Assembly (NCBI RefSeq): GCF_009914755.1
Contig: NC_060941.1
DNA length: 64,000 nt
Direction: 5' to 3' (one strand)
Origin: the human T2T-CHM13v2.0 reference genome, Homo sapiens
The notes below the pieces were generated by a model. The model saw only the letters and a program-made list of their open reading frames with translations, was not told the origin of the DNA and did no database searches. The translations under genes and the position numbers were made by a program. Numbering within the stretch: position 1 is the first letter of the stretch; the number at the start of each line of letters is the position of its first letter. Of the stretch, positions 24,801 through 39,800 are shown one piece after another.

Positions 24801-27800
24801 TTTTGTAGGATCTGCAAGTGGATATTTGGACCACTCTGTGGCCTTCGTTCGAAACGGGTATATCTTCGCATAAAATCTAGACAGAAGCCTTCTCAGAAAC
24901 TTCTCTGTGATGATTGCATTCAACTCACAGAGTTGAACCCTCCTATGGATAGAGCAGTGTTGAAACTCTCTTTTTGTGGAATCTGCAAGTGGATATGTGG
25001 ACCTCTCCGAAGATGTCTTTGGAAACGGGAATATCTTCACATAAAAACTAAACAGAAGCATTCTCAGAAACTTCTCTGTGATGTTTGTGTTCAACTCCCA
25101 GAGTTTCACATTGCTTTTCATAGAGTAGTTCTGAAACATGCTTTTCGTAGTGTCTACAAGTGGACATTTGGAGCGCTTTCAGGCCTGTGGTGGAAAACGA
25201 ATTATGGTCACATAAAAACTGGAGAGAAGCATTGTCAGAAACTTCTTTGTGATGATTGCATTCAACTCACAGAGTTGAAGGTTCCTTTTCAAAGAGCAGT
25301 TTCCAATCACTCTTTGTGTGGAATCTGCAAGTGGATATTTGGACCTATTTTGAAGATTTCGTTGGAAACGGGAGAATCTTCACAGGAAAGCTAAACAGAA
25401 GCATTCTCAGAAACTTCTTTGTGATGCTTGCATTCAACTCACAGAGTTGAACTTTCCTTTCGAGAGAGAAGCTTTGAAACACTCTTTTTCCAGAATCTGC
25501 AAGTGGACATTTGGAGGGCTTTGAGGCCTGTGGTGGAAAAGGAATTATCTTCCCGTAAAAGCTAGATAGAAGCATTCTCAGAAACTACTTTGTGATGATT
25601 GCATTCAAGTCACAGAGTTGAACATTCCCTTTGACAGAGCAGTTTGGAAACTCTCTTTGTGTAGAATCTGCAAGTGGAGATATGGACCGCTTTGAGGCCT
25701 ATGGTAGTAAAGGAAATAGCTTCATATAAAAGCTAGACAGTAGCATTCACAGAAAACTCTTGGTGACGACTGAGTTTAACTCACAGAGCTGAACATTCCT
25801 TTGGATGGAGCAGTTTCGAAACACACTATTTGTAGAATGTGCAAGTGGATATTTGGGCCTCTCTGAGGATTTCGTTGGAAACGGGATAAACCGCACAGAA
25901 CTAAACAGAAGCATTCTCAGAACCTTCTTCGTGATGTTTGCATTCAACTCACAGTGTTGAACCTTTCTTTGATAGTTCAGGTTTGAAACGGTCTTTCTGT
26001 AGAAACTGCAAGTAGATATTTGGACCTCTCTGAGGATTTCGTTGGAAACGGGATAACCCGCACAGAACTAAAACAGAAGCATTCTCAGAACCCTCTTCGT
26101 GATGTTTGCATTCAACTCACAGTGCTGAACCTTTCTTTGATAGTTCAGCTTTGAAACACTCTTTTTGTAGAAACTGCAAGTGGATATTTGGTCCTCTCTG
26201 AGCATTTCGTTGGAAACGGGATAAACTGCACAGAACTAAACAGAAGCATTCTCAGAACCTTCTTCGTGATGTCTGCATTCAACTCACAGTGTGGAACCTT
26301 TCTTTGATAGTTCAGGTTTGAAACACTCTTTTTGTAGAAACTGCAAGGGGATAATTGCACTCTTTGAGGAGTACCGTAGTAAAGGAAATAACTTCCTATA
26401 AAAAGAAGACAGAAGCTTTCTCAGAAAATTCTTTGGGATGATTGAGTTGAACTCACAGAGCTGAGCATTCCTTGCGATGTAGCAGTTTAGAAACACACTT
26501 TCTGCAGAATCTGCAAGTGCATATTTGGACCTCTGTGAGGAATTCGTTGGAAACGGGATAATTTCAGCTGACTAAACAGAAGCAGTCTCAGAATCTTCTT
26601 TGTGATGTTTGCATTCAAATCCCCGAGTTGAACTTTCCTTTCAAAGTTCACGTTTGAAACACTCTTTTTGCAGGATCTACAAGTGGATATTTGGACCACT
26701 CTGTGTCCTTCGTTCGAAACGGGTATATCTTCACATGACATCTAGACAGAAGCATCCTCAGAAGCTTCTCTGTGATGACTGCATTCAACTCACGGAGTTG
26801 AACACTCCTTTTGAGAGCGCAGTTTTGAAACTCTCTTTCTGTGGCATCTGCAAGGGGACATGTAGACCTCCTTGAAGATTTCGTTGGAAACGGAATCATC
26901 TTCACATAAAAACTACACAGATGCATTCTCAGGAACTTTTTGGTGATGTTTGTATTCAACTCCCAGAGTTGAACTTTCCTTTGGAAAGAGCAGCTATGAA
27001 ACACTCTTTTTCTAGAATCTGCAAGTGGACGTTTGGAGGGCTTTGTGGTTTGTGGTGGAAAAGGAAATATCTTCACCTAAATACTAGATAGAAGCATTCT
27101 CAGAAACTGCTTTGTGATGATTGCATTCACCTCACAGAGTTGAACATTCCTATTGATAGAGCAGTTTGGAAACACTCTTGTTGTGGAATGTGCAAGTGGA
27201 GATTTGGAGCGCTTTGAGGCCTATGGTAGTAAAGGGAATAGCTTCATAGAAAAACTAGACAGAAGCATTCTCAGAAAATACTTTGTGATGATTGAGTTTA
27301 ACTCACAGAGCTGAACATTCCTTTGGATGGAGCAGGTTTGAGACACACTTTTTGTAGAATCTACAAGTGGATATTTGGACCTCTCTGAGGATTTCGTTGG
27401 AAACGGGATAACTGCACCTAACTAAACGGAAGCATTCTCAGAAACTTCTTGGTGATGTTTGCATTCAAATCCCAGAGTTGAACCTTCCTTTGATAGTTCA
27501 GGTTTGAAACACTCTTTTTGTAGGATCTGCAAGTGGATATTTGGACCACTCTGTGGCCTTCGTTCGAAACGGGTATATCTTCGCATAAAATCTAGACAGA
27601 AGCCTTCTCAGAAACTTCTCTGTGATGATTGCATTCAACTCACAGAGTTGAACCCTCCTATGGATAGAGCAGTGTTGAAACTCTCTTTTTGTGGAATCTG
27701 CAAGTGGATATGTGGACCTCTCCGAAGATGTCTTTGGAAACGGGAATATCTTCACATAAAAACTAAACAGAAGCATTCTCAGAAACTTCTCTGTGATGTT

Positions 27801-27832
27801 TGTGTTCAACTCCCAGAGTTTCACATTGCTTT

Positions 27833-30800
27833 TCATAGAGTAGTTCTGAAACATGCTTTTCGTAGTGTCTACAAGTGGACATTTGGAGCGCTTTCAGGCC
27901 TGTGGTGGAAAACGAATTATGGTCACATAAAAACTGGAGAGAAGCATTGTCAGAAACTTCTTTGTGATGATTGCATTCAACTCACAGAGTTGAAGGTTCC
28001 TTTTCAAAGAGCAGTTTCCAATCACTCTTTGTGTGGAATCTGCAAGTGGATATTTGGACCTATTTTGAAGATTTCGTTGGAAACGGGAGAATCTTCACAG
28101 GAAAGCTAAACAGAAGCATTCTCAGAAACTTCTTTGTGATGCTTGCATTCAACTCACAGAGTTGAACTTTCCTTTCGAGAGAGAAGCTTTGAAACACTCT
28201 TTTTCCAGAATCTGCAAGTGGACATTTGGAGGGCTTTGAGGCCTGTGGTGGAAAAGGAATTATCTTCCCGTAAAAGCTAGATAGAAGCATTCTCAGAAAC
28301 TACTTTGTGATGATTGCATTCAAGTCACAGAGTTGAACATTCCCTTTGACAGAGCAGTTTGGAAACTCTCTTTGTGTAGAATCTGCAAGTGGAGATACGG
28401 ACCGATTTGAGGCCTATGGTAGTAAAGGAAATAGCTTCATATAAAAGCTAGACAGTAGCATTCACAGAAAACTCTTGGTGACGACTGAGTTTAACTCACA
28501 GAGCTGAACATTCCTTTGGATGGAGCAGTTTCGAAACACACTATTTGTAGAATGTGCAAGTGGATATTTAGGCCTCTCTGAGGATTTCGTTGGAAACGGG
28601 ATAAACCGCACAGAACTAAACAGAAGCATTCTCAGAACCTTCTTCGTGATGTTTGCATTCAACTCACAGTGTTGAACCTTTCTTTGATAGTTCAGGTTTG
28701 AAACGGTCTTTCTGTAGAAACTGCAAGTAGATATTTGGACCTCTCTGAGGATTTCGTTGGAAACGGGATAACCCGCACAGAACTAAAACAGAAGCATTCT
28801 CAGAACCCTCTTCGTGATGTTTGCATTCAACTCACAGTGCTGAACCTTTCTTAGATAGTTCAGCTTTGAAACACTCTTTTTGTAGAAACTGCAAGTGGAT
28901 ATTTGGTCCTCTCTGAGCATTTCGTTGGAAACGGGATAAACTGCACAGAACTAAACAGAAGCATTCTCAGAACCTTCTTCGTGATGTCTGCATTCAACTC
29001 ACAGTGTGGAACCTTTCTTTGATAGTTCAGGTTTGAAACACTCTTTTTGTAGAAACTGCAAGGGGATCATTGCACTCTTTGAGGAGTACCGTAGTAAAGG
29101 AAATAACTTCCTATAAAAAGAAGACAGAAGCTTTCTCAGAAAATTCCTTGGGATGATTGAGTTGAACTCACAGAGCTGAGCATTCCTTGTGATGTAGCAG
29201 TTTAGAAACACACTTTCTGCAGAATCTGCAAGTGCATATTTGGACCTCTCTGAGGAATTCGTTGGAAACGGGATAATTTCAGCTGACTAAACAGAAGCAG
29301 TCTCAGAATCTTCTTTGTGATGTTTGCATTCAAATCCCCGAGTTGAACTTTCCTTTCAAAGTTCACGTTTGAAACACTCTTTTTGCAGGATCTACAAGTG
29401 GATATTTGGACCACTCTGTGTCCTTCGTTCGAAACGGGTATATCTTCACATGACATCTAGACAGAAGCATTCTCAGAAGCTTCTCTGTGATGACTGCATT
29501 CAACTCACGGAGTTGAACACTCCTTTTGAGAGCGCAGTTTTGAAACTCTCTTTCTGTGGCATCTGCAAGGGGACATGTAGACCTCTTTGAAGATTTCGTT
29601 GGAAACGGAATCATCTTCACATGAAAACTATACAGATGCATTCTCAGGAACTTTTTGGTGATGTTTGTATTCAACTCCCAGAGTTGAACTTTCCTTTGGA
29701 AAGAGCAGCTATGAAACACTCTTTTTCTAGAATCTGCAAGTGGACGTTTGGAGGGCTTTGTGGTTTGTGGTGGAAAAGGAAATATCTTCACCTAAATACT
29801 AGATAGAAGCATTCTCAGAAACTGCTTTGTGATGATTGCATTCACCTCACAGAGTTGAACATTCCTATTGATAGAGCAGTTTGGAAACACTCTTGTTGTG
29901 GAATGTGCAAGTGGAGATTTGGAGCGCTTTGAGGCCTATGGTAGTAAAGGGAATAGCTTCATAGAAAAACTAGACAGAAGCATTCTCAGAAAATACTTTG
30001 TGATGATTGAGTTTAACTCACAGAGCTGAACATTCCTTTGGATGGAGCAGGTTTGAGACACACTTTTTGTAGAATCTACAAGTGGATATTTGGACCTCTC
30101 TGAGGATTTCGTTGGAAACGGGATAACTGCACCTAACTAAACGGAAGCATTCTCAGAAACTTCTTGGTGATGTTTGCATTCAAATCCCAGAGTTGAACCT
30201 TCCTTTGATAGTTCAGGTTTGAAACACTCTTTTTGTAGGATCTGCAAGTGGATATTTGGACCACTCTGTGGCCTTCGTTCGAAACGGGTGTATCTTCGCA
30301 TAAAATCTAGACAGAAGCCTTCTCAGAAACTTCTCTGTGATGATTGCATTCAACTCACAGAGTTGAACCCTCCTATGGATAGAGCAGTGTTGAAACTCTC
30401 TTTTTGTGGAATCTGCAAGTGGGTATGTGGACCTCTCCGAAGATGTCTTTGGAAACGGGAATATCTTCACATAAAAACTAAACAGAAGCATTCTCAGAAA
30501 CTTCTCTGTGATGTTTGTGTTCAACTCCCAGAGTTTCACATTGCTTTTCATAGAGTAGTTCTGAAACATGCTTTTCGTAGTGTCTACAAGTGGACATTTG
30601 GAGTGCTTTCAGGCCTGTGGTGGAAAACGAATTATGGTCACATAAAAACTGGAGAGAAGCATTGTCAGAAACTTCTTTGTGATGATTGCATTCAACTCAC
30701 AGAGTTGAAGGTTCCTTTTCAAAGAGCAGTTTCCAATCACTCTTTGTGTGGAATCTGCAAGTGGATATTTGGACCTATTTTGAAGATTTCGTTGGAAACG

Positions 30801-33800
30801 GGAGAATCTTCACAGGAAAGCTAAACAGAAGCATTCTCAGAAACTTCTTTGTGATGCTTGCATTCAACTCACAGAGTTGAACTTTCCTTTCGAGAGAGAA
30901 GCTTTGAAACACTCTTTTTCCAGAATCTGCAAGTGGACATTTGGAGGGCTTTGAGGCCTGTGGTGGAAAAGGAATTATCTTCCCGTAAAAGCTAGATAGA
31001 AGCATTCTCAGAAACTACTTTGTGATGATTGCATTCAAGTCACAGAGTTGAACATTCCCTTTGACAGAGCAGTTTGGAAACTCTCTTTGTGTAGAATCTG
31101 CAAGTGGAGATATGGACCGCTTTGAGGCCTATGGTAGTAAAGGAAATAGCTTCATATAAAAGCTAGACAGTAGCATTCACAGAAAACTCTTGGTGACGAC
31201 TGAGTTTAACTCACAGAGCTGAACATTCCTTTGGATGGAGCAGTTTCGAAACACACTATTTGTAGAATGTGCAAGTGGATATTTAGGCCTCTCTGAGGAT
31301 TTCGTTGGAAACGGGATACACCGCACAGAACTAAACAGAAGCATTCTCAGAACCTTCTTCGTGATGTTTGCATTCAACTCACAGTGTTGAACCTTTCTTT
31401 GATAGTTCAGGTTTGAAACGGTCTTTCTGTAGAAACTGCAAGTAGATATTTGGACCTCTCTGAGGATTTCGTTGGAAACGGGATAACCCGCACAGAACTA
31501 AAACAGAAGCATTCTCAGAACCCTCTTCGTGATGTTTGCATTCAACTCACAGTGCTGAACCTTTCTTTGATAGTTCAGCTTTGAAACACTCTTTTTGTAG
31601 AAACTGCAAGTGGATATTTGGTCCTCTCTGAGCATTTCGTTGGAAACGGGATAAACTGCACAGAACTAAACAGAAGCATTCTCAGAACCTTCTTCGTGAT
31701 GTCTGCATTCAACTCACAGTGTGGAACCTTTCTTTGATAGTTCAGGTTTGAAACACTCTTTTTGTAGAAACTGCAAGGGGATCATTGCACTCTTTGAGGA
31801 GTACCGTAGTAAAGGAAATAACTTCCTATAAAAAGAAGACAGAAGCTTTCTCAGAAAATTCTTTGGGATGATTGAGTTGAACTCACAGAGCTGAGCATTC
31901 CTTGCGATGTAGCAGTTTAGAAACACACTTTCTGCAGAATCTGCAAGTGCATATTTGGACCTCTGTGAGGAATTCGTTGGAAACGGGATAATTTCAGCTG
32001 ACTAAACAGAAGCAGTCTCAGAATCTTCTTTGTGATGTTTGCATTCAAATCCCCGAGTTGAACTTTCCTTTCAAAGTTCACGTTTGAAACACTCTTTTTG
32101 CAGGATCTACAAGTGGATATTTGGACCACTCTGTGTCCTTCGTTCGAAACGGATATATCTTCACATGACATCTAGACAGAAGCATCCTCAGAAGCTTCTC
32201 TGTGATGACTGCATTCAACTCACGGAGTTGAACACTCCTTTTGAGAGCGCAGTTTTGAAACTCTCTTTCTGTGGCATCTGCAAGGGGACATGTAGACCTC
32301 TTTGAAGATTTCGTTGGAAATGGAATCATCTTCACATAAAAACTATACAGATGCATTCTCAGGAACTTTTTGGTGATGTTTGTATTCAACTCCCAGAGTT
32401 GAACTTTCCTTTGGAAAGAGCAGCTATGAAACACTCTTTTTCTAGAATCTGCAAGTGGACGTTTGGAGGGCTTTGTGGTTTGTGGTGGAAAAGGAAATAT
32501 CTTCACCTAAATACTAGATAGAAGCATTCTCAGAAACTGCTTTGTGATGATTGCATTCACCTCACAGAGTTGAACATTCCTATTGATAGAGCAGTTTGGA
32601 AACACTCTTGTTGTGGAATGTGCAAGTGGAGATTTGGAGCGCTTTGAGGCCTATGGTAGTAAAGGGAATAGCTTCATAGAAAAACTAGACAGAAGCATTC
32701 TCAGAAAATACTTTGTGATGATTGAGTTTAACTCACAGAGCTGAACATTCCTTTGGATGGAGCAGGTTTGAGACACACTTTTTGTAGAATCTACAAGTGG
32801 ATATTTGGACCTCTCTGAGGATTTCGTTGGAAACGGGATAACTGCACCTAACTAAACGGAAGCATTCTCAGAAACTTCTTGGTGATGTTTGCATTCAAAT
32901 CCCAGAGTTGAACCTTCCTTTGATAGTTCAGGTTTGAAACACTCTTTTTGTAGGATCTGCAAGTGGATATTTGGACCACTCTGTGGCCTTCGTTCGAAAC
33001 GGGTATATCTTCGCATAAAATCTAGACAGAAGCCTTCTCAGAAACTTCTCTGTGATGATTGCATTCAACTCACAGAGTTGAACCCTCCTATGGATAGAGC
33101 AGTGTTGAAACTCTCTTTTTGTGGAATCTGCAAGTGGATATGTGGACCTCTCCGAAGATGTCTTTGGAAACGGGAATATCTTCACATAAAAACTAAACAG
33201 AAGCATTCTCAGAAACTTCTCTGTGATGTTTGTGTTCAACTCCCAGAGTTTCACATTGCTTTTCATAGAGTAGTTCTGAAACATGCTTTTCGTAGTGTCT
33301 ACAAGTGGACATTTGGAGCGCTTTCAGGCCTGTGGTGGAAAACGAATTATGGTCACATAAAAACTGGAGAGAAGCATTGTCAGAAACTTCTTTGTGATGA
33401 TTGCATTCAACTCACAGAGTTGAAGGTTCCTTTTCAAAGAGCAGTTTCCAATCACTCTTTGTGTGGAATCTGCAAGTGGATATTTGGACCTATTTTGAAG
33501 ATTTCGTTGGAAACGGGAGAATCTTCACAGGAAAGCTAAACAGAAGCATTCTCAGAAACTTCTTTGTGATGCTTGCATTCAACTCACAGAGTTGAACTTT
33601 CCTTTCGAGAGAGAAGCTTTGAAACACTCTTTTTCCAGAATCTGCAAGTGGACATTTGGAGGGCTTTGAGGCCTGTGGTGGAAAAGGAATTATCTTCCCG
33701 TAAAAGCTAGATAGAAGCATTCTCAGAAACTACTTTGTGATGATTGCATTCAAGTCACAGAGTTGAACATTCCCTTTGACAGAGCAGTTTGGAAACTCTC

Positions 33801-36800
33801 TTTGTGTAGAATCTGCAAGTGGAGATATGGACCGCTTTGAGGCCTATGGTAGTAAAGGAAATAGCTTCATATAAAAGCTAGACAGTAGCATTCACAGAAA
33901 ACTCTTGGTGACGACTGAGTTTAACTCACAGAGCTGAACATTCCTTTGGATGGAGCAGTTTCGAAACACACTATTTGTAGAATGTGCAAGTGGATATTTA
34001 GGCCTCTCTGAGGATTTCGTTGGAAACGGGATAAACCGCACAGAACTAAACAGAAGCATTCTCAGAACCTTCTTCGTGATGTTTGCATTCAACTCACAGT
34101 GTTGAACCTTTCTTTGATAGTTCAGGTTTGAAACGGTCTTTCTGTAGAAACTGCAAGTAGATATTTGGACCTCTCTGAGGATTTCGTTGGAAACGGGATA
34201 ACCCGCACAGAACTAAAACAGAAGCATTCTCAGAACCCTCTTCGTGATGTTTGCATTCAACTCACAGTGCTGAACCTTTCTTTGATAGTTCAGCTTTGAA
34301 ACACTCTTTTTGTAGAAACTGCAAGTGGATATTTGGTCCTCTCTGAGGATTTCGTTGGAAACGGGATAAACTGCACAGAACTAAACAGAAGCATTCTCAG
34401 AACCTTCTTCGTGATGTCTGCATTCAACTCACAGTGTGGAACCTTTCTTTGATAGTTCAGGTTTGAAACACTCTTTTTGTAGAAACTGCAAGGGGATCAT
34501 TGCACTCTTTGAGGAGTACCGTAGTAAAGGAAATAACTTCCTATAAAAAGAAGACAGAAGCTTTCTCAGAAAATTCTTTGGGATGATTGAGTTGAACTCA
34601 CAGAGCTGAGCATTCCTTGCGATGTAGCAGTTTAGAAACACACTTTCTGCAGAATCTGCAAGTGCATATTTGGACCTCTGTGAGGAATTCGTTGGAAACG
34701 GGATAATTTCAGCTGACTAAACAGAAGCAGTCTCAGAATCTTCTTTGTGATGTTTGCATTCAAATCCCCGAGTTGAACTTTCCTTTCAAAGTTCACGTTT
34801 GAAACACTCTTTTTGCAGGATCTACAAGTGGATATTTGGACCACTCTGTGTCCTTCGTTCGAAACGGGTATATCTTCACATGACATCTAGACAGAAGCAT
34901 CCTCAGAAGCTTCTCTGTGATGACTGCATTCAACTCACGGAGTTGAACACTCCTTTTGAGAGCGCAGTTTTGAAACTCTCTTTCTGTGGCATCTGCAAGG
35001 GGACATGTAGACCTCTTTGAAGATTTCGTTGGAAACGGAATCATCTTCACATAAAAACTATACAGATGCATTCTCAGGAACTTTTTGGTGATGTTTGTAT
35101 TCAACTCCCAGAGTTGAACTTTCCTTTGGAAAGAGCAGCTATGAAACACTCTTTTTCTAGAATCTGCAAGTGGACGTTTGGAGGGCTTTGTGGTTTGTGG
35201 TGGAAAAGGAAATATCTTCACCTAAATACTAGATAGAAGCATTCTCAGAAACTGCTTTGTGATGATTGCATTCACCTCACAGAGTTGAACATTCCTATTG
35301 ATAGAGCAGTTTGGAAACACTCTTGTTGTGGAATGTGCAAGTGGAGATTTGGAGCGCTTTGAGGCCTATGGTAGTAAAGGGAATAGCTTCATAGAAAAAC
35401 TAGACAGAAGCATTCTCAGAAAATACTTTGTGATGATTGAGTTTAACTCACAGAGCTGAACATTCCTTTGGATGGAGCAGGTTTGAGACACACTTTTTGT
35501 AGAATCTACAAGTGGATATTTGGACCGCTCTGAAGATTTCGTTGGAAACGGGATAACTGCACCTAACTAAACGGAAGCATTCTCAGAAACTTCTTGGTGA
35601 TGTTTGCATTCAAATCCCAGAGTTGAACCTTCCTTTGATAGTTCAGGTTTGAAACACTCTTTTTGTAGGATCTGCAAGTGGATATTTGGACCACTCTGTG
35701 GCCTTCGTTCGAAACGGGTGTATCTTCGCATAAAATCTAGACAGAAGCCTTCTCAGAAACTTCTCTGTGATGATTGCATTCAACTCACAGAGTTGAACCC
35801 TCCTATGGATAGAGCAGTGTTGAAACTCTCTTTTTGTGGAATCTGCAAGTGGGTATGTGGACCTCTCCGAAGATGTCTTTGGAAACGGGAATATCTTCAC
35901 ATAAAAACTAAACAGAAGCATTCTCAGAAACTTCTCTGTGATGTTTGTGTTCAACTCCCAGAGTTTCACATTGCTTTTCATAGAGTAGTTCTGAAACATG
36001 CTTTTCGTAGTGTCTACAAGTGGACATTTGGAGCGCTTTCAGGCCTGTGGTGGAAAACGAATTATGGTCACATAAAAACTGGAGAGAAGCATTGTCAGAA
36101 ACTTCTTTGTGATGATTGCATTCAACTCACAGAGTTGAAGGTTCCTTTTCAAAGAGCAGTTTCCAATCACTCTTTGTGTGGAATCTGCAAGTGGATATTT
36201 GGACCTATTTTGAAGATTTCGTTGGAAACGGGAGAATCTTCACAGGAAAGCTAAACAGAAGCATTCTCAGAAACTTCTTTGTGATGCTTGCATTCAACTC
36301 ACAGAGTTGAACTTTCCTTTCGAGAGAGAAGCTTTGAAACACTCTTTTTCCAGAATCTGCAAGTGGACATTTGGAGGGCTTTGAGGCCTGTGGTGGAAAA
36401 GGAATTATCTTCCCGTAAAAGCTAGATAGAAGCATTCTCAGAAACTACTTTGTGATGATTGCATTCAAGTCACAGAGTTGAACATTCCCTTTGACAGAGC
36501 AGTTTGGAAACTCTCTTTGTGTAGAATCTGCAAGTGGAGATACGGACCGCTTTGAGGCCTATGGTAGTAAAGGAAATAGCTTCATATAAAAGCTAGACAG
36601 TAGCATTCACAGAAAACTCTTGGTGACGACTGAGTTTAACTCACAGAGCTGAACATTCCTTTGGATGGAGCAGTTTCGAAACACACTATTTGTAGAATGT
36701 GCAAGTGGATATTTAGGCCTCTCTGAGGATTTCGTTGGAAACGGGATAAACCGCACAGAACTAAACAGAAGCATTCTCAGAACCTTCTTCGTGATGTTTG

Positions 36801-39800
36801 CATTCAACTCACAGTGTTGAACCTTTCTTTGATAGTTCAGGTTTGAAACGGTCTTTCTGTAGAAACTGCAAGTAGATATTTGGACCTCTCTGAGGATTTC
36901 GTTGGAAACGGGATAACCCGCACAGAACTAAAACAGAAGCATTCTCAGAACCCTCTTCGTGATGTTTGCATTCAACTCACAGTGCTGAACCTTTCTTTGA
37001 TAGTTCAGCTTTGAAACACTCTTTTTGTAGAAACTGCAAGTGGATATTTGGTCCTCTCTGAGCATTTCGTTGGAAACGGGATAAACTGCACAGAACTAAA
37101 CAGAAGCATTCTCAGAACCTTCTTCGTGATGTCCGCATTCAACTCACAGTGTGGAACCTTTCTTTGATAGTTCAGGTTTTAAACACTCTTTTTGTAGAAA
37201 CTGCAAGGGGATAATTGCACTCTTTGAGGAGTACCGTAGTAAAGGAAATAACTTCCTATAAAAAGAAGACAGAAGCTTTCTCAGAAAATTCTTTGGGATG
37301 ATTGAGTTGAACTCACAGAGCTGAGCATTCCTTGCGATGTAGCAGTTTAGAAACACACTTTCTGCAGAATCTGCAAGTGCATATTTGGACCTCTGTGAGG
37401 AATTCGTTGGAAACGGGATAATTTCAGCTGACTAAACAGAAGCAGTCTCAGAATCTTCTTTGTGATGTTTGCATTCAAATCCCCGAGTTGAACTTTCCTT
37501 TCAAAGTTCACGTTTGAAACACTCTTTTTGCAGGATCTACAAGTGGATATTTGGACCACTCTGTGTCCTTCGTTCGAAACGGGTATATCTTCACATGACA
37601 TCTAGACAGAAGCATCCTCAGAAGCTTCTCTGTGATGACTGCATTCAACTCACGGAGTTGAACACTCCTTTTGAGAGCGCAGTTTTGAAACTCTCTTTCT
37701 GTGGCATCTGCAAGGGGACATGTAGACCTCTTTGAAGATTTCGTTGGAAACGGAATCATCTTCACATAAAAACTATACAGATGCATTCTCAGGAACTTTT
37801 TGGTGATGTTTGTATTCAACTCCCAGAGTTGAACTTTCCTTTGGAAAGAGCAGCTATGAAACACTCTTTTTCTAGAATCTGCAAGTGGACGTTTGGAGGG
37901 CTTTGTGGTTTGTGGTGGAAAAGGAAATATCTTCACCTAAATACTAGATAGAAGCATTCTCAGAAACTGCTTTGTGATGATTGCATTCACCTCACAGAGT
38001 TGAACATTCCTATTGATAGAGCAGTTTGGAAACACTCTTGTTGTGGAATGTGCAAGTGGAGATTTGGAGCGCTTTGAGGCCTATGGTAGTAAAGGGAATA
38101 GCTTCATAGAAAAACTAGACAGAAGCATTCTCAGAAAATACTTTGTGATGATTGAGTTTAACTCACAGAGCTGAACATTCCTTTGGATGGAGCAGGTTTG
38201 AGACACACCTTTTGTAGAATCTACAAGTGGATATTTGGACCTCTCTGAGGATTTCGTTGGAAACGGGATAACTGCACCTAACTAAACGGAAGCATTCTCA
38301 GAAACTTCTTGGTGATGTTTGCATTCAAATCCCAGAGTTGAACCTTCCTTTGATAGTTCAGGTTTGAAACACTCTTTTTGTAGGATCTGCAAGTGGATAT
38401 TTGGACCACTCTGTGGCCTTCGTTCGAAACGGGTATATCTTCGCATAAAATCTAGACAGAAGCCTTCTCAGAAACTTCTCTGTGATGATTGCATTCAACT
38501 CACAGAGTTGAACCCTCCTATGGATAGAGCAGTGTTGAAACTCTCTTTTTGTGGAATCTGCAAGTGGATATGTGGACCTCTCCGAAGATGTCTTTGGAAA
38601 CGGGAATATCTTCACATAAAAACTAAACAGAAGCATTCTCAGAAACTTCTCTGTGATGTTTGTGTTCAACTCCCAGAGTTTCACATTGCTTTTCATAGAG
38701 TAGTTCTGAAACATGCTTTTCGTAGTGTCTACAAGTGGACATTTGGAGCGCTTTCAGGCCTGTGGTGGAAAACGAATTATGGTCACATAAAAACTGGAGA
38801 GAAGCATTGTCAGAAACTTCTTTGTGATGATTGCATTCAACTCACAGAGTTGAAGGTTCCTTTTCAAAGAGCAGTTTCCAATCACTCTTTCTGTGGAATC
38901 TGCAAGTGGATATTTGGACCTATTTTGAAGATTTCGTTGGAAACGGGAGAATCTTCACAGGAAAGCTAAACAGAAGCATTCTCAGAAACTTCTTTGTGAT
39001 GCTTGCATTCAACTCACAGAGTTGAACTTTCCTTTCGAGAGAGAAGCTTTGAAACACTCTTTTTCCAGAATCTGCAAGTGGACATTTGGAGGGCTTTGAG
39101 GCCTGTGGTGGAAAAGGAATTATCTTCCCGTAAAAGCTAGATAGAAGCATTCTCAGAAACTACTTTGTGATGATTGCATTCAAGTCACAGAGTTGAACAT
39201 TCCCTTTGACAGAGCAGTTTGGAAACTCTCTTTGTGTAGAATCTGCAAGTGGAGATATGGACCGCTTTGAGGCCTATGGTAGTAAAGGAAATAGCTTCAT
39301 ATAAAAGCTAGACAGTAGCATTCACAGAAAACTCTTGGTGACGACTGAGTTTAACTCACAGAGCTGAACATTCCTTTGGATGGAGCAGTTTCGAAACACA
39401 CTATTTGTAGAATGTGCAAGTGGATATTTAGGCCTCTCTGAGGATTTCGTTGGAAACGGGATAAACCGCACAGAACTAAACAGAAGCATTCTCAGAACCT
39501 TCTTCGTGATGTTTGCATTCAACTCACAGTGTTGAACCTTTCTTTGATAGTTCAGGTTTGAAACGGTCTTTCTGTAGAAACTGCAAGTAGATATTTGGAC
39601 CTCTCTGAGGATTTCGTTGGAAACGGGATAACCCGCACAGAACTAAAACAGAAGCATTCTCAGAACCCTCTTCGTGATGTTTGCATTCAACTCACAGTGC
39701 TGAACCTTTCTTTGATAGTTCAGCTTTGAAACACTCTTTTTGTAGAAACTGCAAGTGGATATTTGGTCCTCTCTGAGGATTTCGTTGGAAACGGGATAAA

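Noticed and set aside
37178-37183. Private DraI site (TTTAAA) created by G>T at 37180
   Set aside because: A single point mutation, useful only as a marker.
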